The translations under genes were made by a program, and so were the position numbers. A stretch of DNA of 40,693 nucleotides from NCBI GenBank assembly GCA_903861205.1, contig CAIOTC010000022.1, positions 66,025-106,717 on the forward strand, given 5' to 3'. Positions 35,665 to 40,693 of this stretch are shown here, piece by piece. The stretch is from an uncultured bacterium (GTDB lineage Bacteria; Patescibacteriota; Minisyncoccia; Phycocordibacterales; DATDWN01). Below the pieces are notes generated by a model. The model ran no database searches. It worked only from the letters and a program-made list of their open reading frames with translations, and was not told the origin of the DNA. Position 1 is the stretch's first letter; each line of letters begins with the position of its first letter.

Positions 35665-36207
35665 ATGATGTTCAACGTCTTGCCAGACATTTTAAAAGAA
35701 GAAATAAAAATCGAGTACCGCTCGCGCCGGCTGATTGTTATTTTGCTGTTTGTTCTGCTTGTCCAAATATCTTTTCTGGTTTTGCTTTTTCCATCGTGGC
35801 TCATATCAAGATACAAGGAGCAGGAAATGTTGGGCCAATCCAACTCCCAAAAAAGTTCGATTACTTCCAAAAATGCCGACTCTATAATGCAGACGATTAG
35901 CGACACGAACAGCGGAATAGGCGCCATCAACACAACATTTAAATATGAAAAAGTCGCTCCGCTTTGGAATGAAATAATTGCCGCCAGATCGAAATCGGTC
36001 AGTTTGCTTCAGCTGACGTATGTTTCAACCGGGCCGTCCTCTGCCACGCTTTCCGTGCGAGGAATCTCGGCCACTCGCGAAGCGCTGGTTTCTTTTGTCA
36101 AAAAATTGGGAGATTCGAAAACGTTTTTAAACGTCGATTCGCCGATATCGAATCTGGCCAAAGATAAAGACATCGACTTTACCGTCAACCTGGACGCCAC
36201 GCAATAA
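35665..36207 (+). CDS. PilN-like protein
   Basis: FNVLP (INLLP-like), one TM helix, GISATREALVSFVKKL. Confidence 0.7.
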   Translation: MMFNVLPDILKEEIKIEYRSRRLIVILLFVLLVQISFLVLLFPSWLISRYKEQEMLGQSNSQKSSITSKNADSIMQTISDTNSGIGAINTTFKYEKVAPLWNEIIAARSKSVSLLQLTYVSTGPSSATLSVRGISATREALVSFVKKLGDSKTFLNVDSPISNLAKDKDIDFTVNLDATQ

Positions 36208-36211
36208 AAAA

Positions 36212-36751
36212 ATGAAAAAAAATAAATTATCAAAACAAATAGTCGGCATCCTCTCGTTTTTCATCGTGGTTTTATGCGTCGGTTATTATTTTGCTTTCGT
36301 CGACGTTCAGAATAAAAACAAACATATCTCCGAATTGCAAAATAGCATCGACGGACAAAGCAAGCGTGATCAATATTTGATGTCGATAGAACACGAGGTG
36401 GAAAACGCCGGCGGCGATATTGCGGTAGTGAACGGTTCGATTCTCGGCAAGGACGACGATGTAAAATTGATCGAGCTTTTGGAAAGTACCGGACGGTCAG
36501 ACGGCCTGACTGTTACCATTGATTCACTTGTCATTAATGATGATTCGCTGACTGCCAAAAATCTGACAACGCTCGATGTTACAGCCAAGATGAGTGGAAG
36601 TTGGTCGGGAATGTACGCCTATCTGAATCAGTTGGAATCCTTCCCATACACGGTGCGCATCGAAAAATTTGCCATGATGAAAACGTCTGACGCTTCTGCT
36701 GCCAGCAAATGGCAAGGTGTTTTTGAAATTCGCATTCTCAAGTATAAATAA
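36212..36751 (+). CDS. PilO-like protein
   Basis: TM plus coiled coil; GSWSGMYAYLNQLESFPY. Confidence 0.7.
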   Translation: MKKNKLSKQIVGILSFFIVVLCVGYYFAFVDVQNKNKHISELQNSIDGQSKRDQYLMSIEHEVENAGGDIAVVNGSILGKDDDVKLIELLESTGRSDGLTVTIDSLVINDDSLTAKNLTTLDVTAKMSGSWSGMYAYLNQLESFPYTVRIEKFAMMKTSDASAASKWQGVFEIRILKYK

Positions 36752-36770
36752 TTTTAAAATATAAACATAG

Positions 36771-37103
36771 ATGAAAGAATTAATTGAAAAAATAAAATCA
36801 TACTTAAAAGGTTCCTCCAAGAAAGAAATTTCATACGAAAGAGAAGGAATAAATCCGACGCATGATTGGAATGTTATTTTAATTTTAGTTTTTGCTTTGT
36901 TGTTTGTTCTGGCTATCGCCTCCGTTTATCTTTACATGCAAATTCAAAGTGGGGCTTTGTTTCCCGCATCGACAGATGCCAAAAATACCAGTGTCACCAT
37001 AAACCAGGATTTGCTCGACAAAACCATACAGAAAATAAACGCCGATAAAACCGCTTTTGACTCGGCGAAAACTAAAGGCTCTGTGTCGGATCCGTCTATA
37101 TAA
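36771..37103 (+). CDS. Small membrane protein at the end of the pil operon
   Basis: 110 aa, one TM helix. Confidence 0.65.
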   Translation: MKELIEKIKSYLKGSSKKEISYEREGINPTHDWNVILILVFALLFVLAIASVYLYMQIQSGALFPASTDAKNTSVTINQDLLDKTIQKINADKTAFDSAKTKGSVSDPSI

Positions 37104-37111
37104 AAATTTAG

Positions 37112-37195
37112 TGGGTATGGAGGGATTTGAACCCTCAAGGGATTACTCCCACTGCGTTCTGAACACAGCGCGTCTACCAATTGCGCCACATACCC
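37112..37195 (-). tRNA. tRNA-Leu(CAG)
   Basis: ctgtg-tt-CAG-aa-cgcag, long variable arm. Confidence 0.92.
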
Positions 37196-37200
37196 ATTTG

Positions 37201-37272
37201 TGCCCCCGGCAGGAATCGGACCTACATCAAGGCCTTAGAAGAGCCCTACTTTATCCATTAAGCTACGGGGGC
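37201..37272 (-). tRNA. tRNA-Arg(TCT)
   Basis: gcccccg acceptor, ct-TCT-aa loop, T-arm GGTCCGATTCC. Confidence 0.88.
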
Positions 37273-37287
37273 GATAGAAATACACTA

Positions 37288-37836
37288 TCATTTTTTCAGT
37301 AAAAATAAAAACTCGCGGTTTTTTCTTTTTTCGCCGACGATGGGCGATTCGGTTTCGGCCAGGATCTCAAAGCCGAGATTTTTGATTTTATTTTTTACAT
37401 TTTCCAAAACTTCTGGGATGAATTCGTCGGCCAGTTTTCCTTTGGAAATTTGTTTGGCTTCCGCTTCGTAATGCGGTTTGACAAGGGCGATAATTTTTCC
37501 GTCCGGTTTCAAATTCTGTAAAGCGTTTGGCAAAATATTTTCCAGTCGCGTCCAACTAGTATCGACTGTAATCAGATCCATTTTTTCGGGCAGGGAAACG
37601 TGCATGGCGTTTGTGCGTTCCATAAGGATTACCCGCTCATCATTTCGCAATTTCCAATCAACCACGCCGTAACCGGTTTCCACCGCATAAACTTTTTGCG
37701 CGTCGTGTGAAAGCAAACAGTCAACAAAACCGCCGGTGTTCGAACCGAAATCAGCGCAAACAAAATTTTCGACACCAACGGCGAAAGTTTGTATAGCATG
37801 TTCCAATTTTTCTCCCGCTCGCGAAACGAATTTCAT
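37288..37836 (-). CDS. tlyA: TlyA-family rRNA methyltransferase lacking the S4 domain
   Basis: FVSRAGEKL, DFGSNTGGFVDCLL, LVKPHYE, ESPIVG..NREFL. Confidence 0.85.
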   Translation of the reverse strand: MKFVSRAGEKLEHAIQTFAVGVENFVCADFGSNTGGFVDCLLSHDAQKVYAVETGYGVVDWKLRNDERVILMERTNAMHVSLPEKMDLITVDTSWTRLENILPNALQNLKPDGKIIALVKPHYEAEAKQISKGKLADEFIPEVLENVKNKIKNLGFEILAETESPIVGEKRKNREFLFLLKK

Positions 37837-37873
37837 ATTTTTATGCTTGCACTGCGTAGCTTTAGCGAAGCAG

Positions 37874-37944
37874 TGGACCTAGCGGGAATCGGACCCGCGC
37901 CTCGTCATTGCGAACGACGCGTCGTACCACTAGACTATAGGCCC
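37874..37944 (-). tRNA. tRNA-Ala(CGC)
   Basis: G3:U70 acceptor pair, cgtcg-tt-CGC-aa-tgacg. Confidence 0.9.
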
Positions 37945-37956
37945 AATATTTACCGG

Positions 37957-38030
37957 TGGACGATACTGGGTTCGAACCAGTGACCTCACGAATGTGAATC
38001 GTGTGCTCTAACCAGCTGAGCTAATCGTCC
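37957..38030 (-). tRNA. tRNA-Val(CAC)
   Basis: cacga-tt-CAC-at-tcgtg, GGTTCGAACCC. Confidence 0.93.
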
Positions 38031-38287
38031 GATGTTTTGTGCTTGCACCGCGAAGCTTTTGCGAAGTGGTGGACTTCGAAGGGCTCTAATGGAACCAAAT
38101 TGTAGCAGAATTGCGCGAATGGAGCAAAATAATGAATTTTTGTTTAATCATTCCTATTTTGAGCTCTATTTTGGCTATCCACAGTTCATTGATTTTTAAT
38201 CTTTTATCTGTTATACTCTAGATTAACAATAATTCCTCGTGCGTGGGGCTCCGTATGGTTCCTCAAACAACGCACGGGGTTTGTTAT

Positions 38288-38929
38288 TTATGGGTACAAT
38301 GGACTTTCTTCAACAACTTTGCTTTTGATCAGATTAAAATAACTTTCATCTCCGTGCTCTCGTCTTCTAAATAAGGACCAGCAGACCATATCCACAACTT
38401 GCAAACATTTTTCTTGTTGCGGGGTTTTGATTTCAACCGAGATTTTTATTTTATGCTTTCCTGTGACTTGATTGGACAAATATCCGCAGAAATTTTCGTT
38501 TAAAAATTTATTTGTTTCGCGACGAGAGGCGACCATGACAATAGATTCGTTGGTTGGAATTAATTTTTTCGTATAGACACGATCAAGTAATATGTTCGCC
38601 ACATAATTGTAAAGTACATGCTTTTCGTTTTGCAGTTTTGTGTAGACTTTGGACTTGTTCAGATAAATTGAAATTATTGACACATCCTTTTCATTCAATG
38701 AAGTAAGAAGTTTTTGTCTGGTGACGGGCTTCTCTTTGAAGGCGTGAATTACACCGCTGTGGTTTTTAACTTCCATTTTGCTGAATTTCGCGAACAGCTT
38801 TTTGATTATTTTTTCAATCGGTTTCTTGTCTTTGACAAAAAGAAAAGCAATCACAAAATATTTCGAAGTTTTCTTCTTTTTGAAATTGAAACCCAGATCG
38901 CCGCTTTCATCCATAAATATGTAGGCCAT
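38288..38929 (-). CDS. DUF3800 domain protein
   Basis: YIFMDESGDLG N-terminus and CLQVVDMVCW C-terminal motif. Confidence 0.8.
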   Translation of the reverse strand: MAYIFMDESGDLGFNFKKKKTSKYFVIAFLFVKDKKPIEKIIKKLFAKFSKMEVKNHSGVIHAFKEKPVTRQKLLTSLNEKDVSIISIYLNKSKVYTKLQNEKHVLYNYVANILLDRVYTKKLIPTNESIVMVASRRETNKFLNENFCGYLSNQVTGKHKIKISVEIKTPQQEKCLQVVDMVCWSLFRRREHGDESYFNLIKSKVVEESPLYP

Positions 38930-39126
38930 TTTATTTTATTTCAAATGTGGACCTGCGGGGAATGTCTCCCTCGACTAAATTTTTTGTCGCCACAAAAAAT
39001 TTGTCTGGGCACCGGCTCGCTCCCAAACTCTGCTGAGTTTGGACTTCGTTCGCTCCGCCGTCCGACTCCCCGCAAAGTCCCAAAAACATAGTCAAAAAAT
39101 ACTTCATATTTTTCTTCTTGTTTTTG

Positions 39127-39197
39127 TGGACCTGCGGGGAGTCGGACCCCGACTACTTGAATGCCATCCAAGTGTAATACCGTTTTACGACAGGCCC
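39127..39197 (-). tRNA. tRNA-Ala(GGC)
   Basis: G3:U70 acceptor pair, cttgg-at-GGC-at-tcaag. Confidence 0.88.
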
Positions 39198-39272
39198 TTC
39201 GAAATACTCTCCCATATTAAAACAAAAAACGCTTCAGAGCAATCTTGAACGGTTATGCTACAATATATTTGT

Positions 39273-40229
39273 ATGAATTCAGAACGACTATCATCAATAA
39301 ACAAAGTTGCAGGTGGCACGGAAGAACAACAAAAAATTGTTCACGAAACTTACGAGCAGGAATTTTTGACTGAGAAATTTATCGAAAAAGGAGAAAGAGA
39401 AAAAACTCCCGAAGAAAAAGAAATAATCGCTGCTTTAGTAATGGAATTAAATGATTTTCTGGGAAAATACGGCGCAAAACCTTTAAATTTGGAAGAAACG
39501 CATATTCATATTTTGGATAAATCAAAAATGTCTCAGGAAGAATTAGAGAATTTTGAGAAAACATATCCGGATTCATTTGGTTTTTACCAGGCTGAAGAGC
39601 AAGGGGTTGTTATTTCCGGATGGGATGTACTCAATCACTTGGAATTAGCCAACATGATAGTCCATGAGCTCATACATTTTCTTTCTTACGGTTCGGCCAT
39701 AATAGACAAAGCCACCTTAGAAGAATCAAAGAATCTAAAAATAAACATTCATATTCATCGAACGGGTTTATCTGTCCAAAAAATCATGGGTGAAAATCGA
39801 GTCAGCTATTTTAACGATATTAATGAGGCTGTTACGGAAGAATTAACTAAAAGGTTTGGCGAAAGATTCAAAAAAATCCCTCTGTTGGCTGAAGAATATG
39901 AAAATGTGTTGAAAGTCAGAGAAAAATATTCAAACCCAGACATTTTGGCGACTAAAATCAGAACGATTGATAAACCAGAAAGTATAGTTACGGAAACTAT
40001 GGTCAAGGGATATGGATACAAAGAACACAGGGAAAATCTCAACTCTTTGATCAAAGAAATTTACGAAAAAAGAAAAGATGACTTTGCTTCAGAGGAAGAA
40101 ATATTTACAATTTTTGCCAAGGCGGCAATGACAGGGGAAGTGAAGGAATTGGCCACACTCATGGATTCAACTCTCGGAGCTGGCACTTTCAAAAAAATTG
40201 CTCGACCTAAAGAGGATGATGATAAATAA
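39273..40229 (+). CDS. Putative zinc metallopeptidase-like protein
   Basis: IVHELIHFLS (HExxH) with downstream INEAVTEEL. Confidence 0.65.
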   Translation: MNSERLSSINKVAGGTEEQQKIVHETYEQEFLTEKFIEKGEREKTPEEKEIIAALVMELNDFLGKYGAKPLNLEETHIHILDKSKMSQEELENFEKTYPDSFGFYQAEEQGVVISGWDVLNHLELANMIVHELIHFLSYGSAIIDKATLEESKNLKINIHIHRTGLSVQKIMGENRVSYFNDINEAVTEELTKRFGERFKKIPLLAEEYENVLKVREKYSNPDILATKIRTIDKPESIVTETMVKGYGYKEHRENLNSLIKEIYEKRKDDFASEEEIFTIFAKAAMTGEVKELATLMDSTLGAGTFKKIARPKEDDDK

Positions 40230-40269
40230 ATTTGTGTCTCTATTGTACCAAGTTAGAACCTATTTTCAA

Positions 40270-40680
40270 AACAATGTGAGGTAATGACTTCGCACGCCCC
40301 GCGTGCGTGGTGATGTGAAATGTAATCGTACGCTCCACGACGAATTCCGTCACGGCACAGCATCCGCTCCAGAACACGCTGGAAGGCGTGTTCCTCCGCT
40401 TCTACTGTTCCGTTCCGCCCTCGCCTCGCCACCACCATTCTTTTTTTGTTTGGCGGGGGTTTTCTCTTTTTTATTTTGTATGGTGGTGGCGGGCGAGGTC
40501 GGGTTTCTCCTAAGGGAGAAACTGACGGAATTCTAGTACCAATTCGGTGGACTCGGTTTTGCCAAACTATTTTCTGGGGATATGGATTTGGCAAAACCGA
40601 GACTAATTTTTTCGGGGGGAATTCGGATTTGGTTTCCCGCGCGGAGGAGGGGTCTGGGGAGGAATCCGCGCGGGCTTCTG
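40270..40680. other. Non-coding, GC-rich multi-hairpin region
   Basis: At least seven stems, e.g. gaattccgtca/tgacggaattc and ctcggttttgccaaa/tttggcaaaaccgag. Confidence 0.55.
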
Positions 40681-40693
40681 ATTTTTTTGGCTA

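Noticed and set aside
38946-39080. Intron-containing or second tRNA-Ala gene
   Set aside because: Only the 3' 16-20 nt are repeated; no D arm or anticodon arm
40253-40594. 113-aa and 77-aa ORFs at the window end
   Set aside because: Low-complexity translations of palindromic DNA, non-ATG starts, no motifs
1-40693. Second VR elsewhere in the window
   Set aside because: No other gene end resembling the TR was found by eye; remote targets outside the window remain possible

Overview
Chromosomal window around the replication origin of a small-genome bacterium, most likely Patescibacteria/CPR (Parcubacteria-like; inferred from gene content, shortened YebC/PolA/TlyA, CPR-type pilin and VirB4-like genes, and tRNA-Arg(GCG)). 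Core content: yidC-rnpA-rpmH / dnaA-oriC-dnaN, a PBP1A-family gene, tyrS, ruvC/ruvB/ruvA/ruvX, yebC, tsaE, polA, holA-like, mutM, rpsT, type IV pilus genes and 8 tRNAs. The main accessory system is a complete diversity-generating retroelement (DGR) at about 27.8-30.6 kb. It has a target gene with a 135-bp VR, a TR differing from the VR at 22 adenines and only 1 non-adenine, an avd gene in the inverted orientation, and an RT gene. avd and RT are head-to-head across one G9 tract; removing a single G would put an upstream ATG in frame for both genes, a candidate shared phase switch. Other notable items: a family of at least 7 polar, covarying long-hairpin intergenic elements; an unannotated ~180-nt promoter-driven rod-like ncRNA (6S-like); a tRNA-Ala-linked DUF3800 islet with a downstream structured RNA; a deleted hicBA module; in-frame palindrome/heptad insertions in tsaE, polA and the RT; and C55 T-loops in three tRNAs. 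All alignments, counts and folds were done by eye, and family calls come from motif recognition, not database searches.
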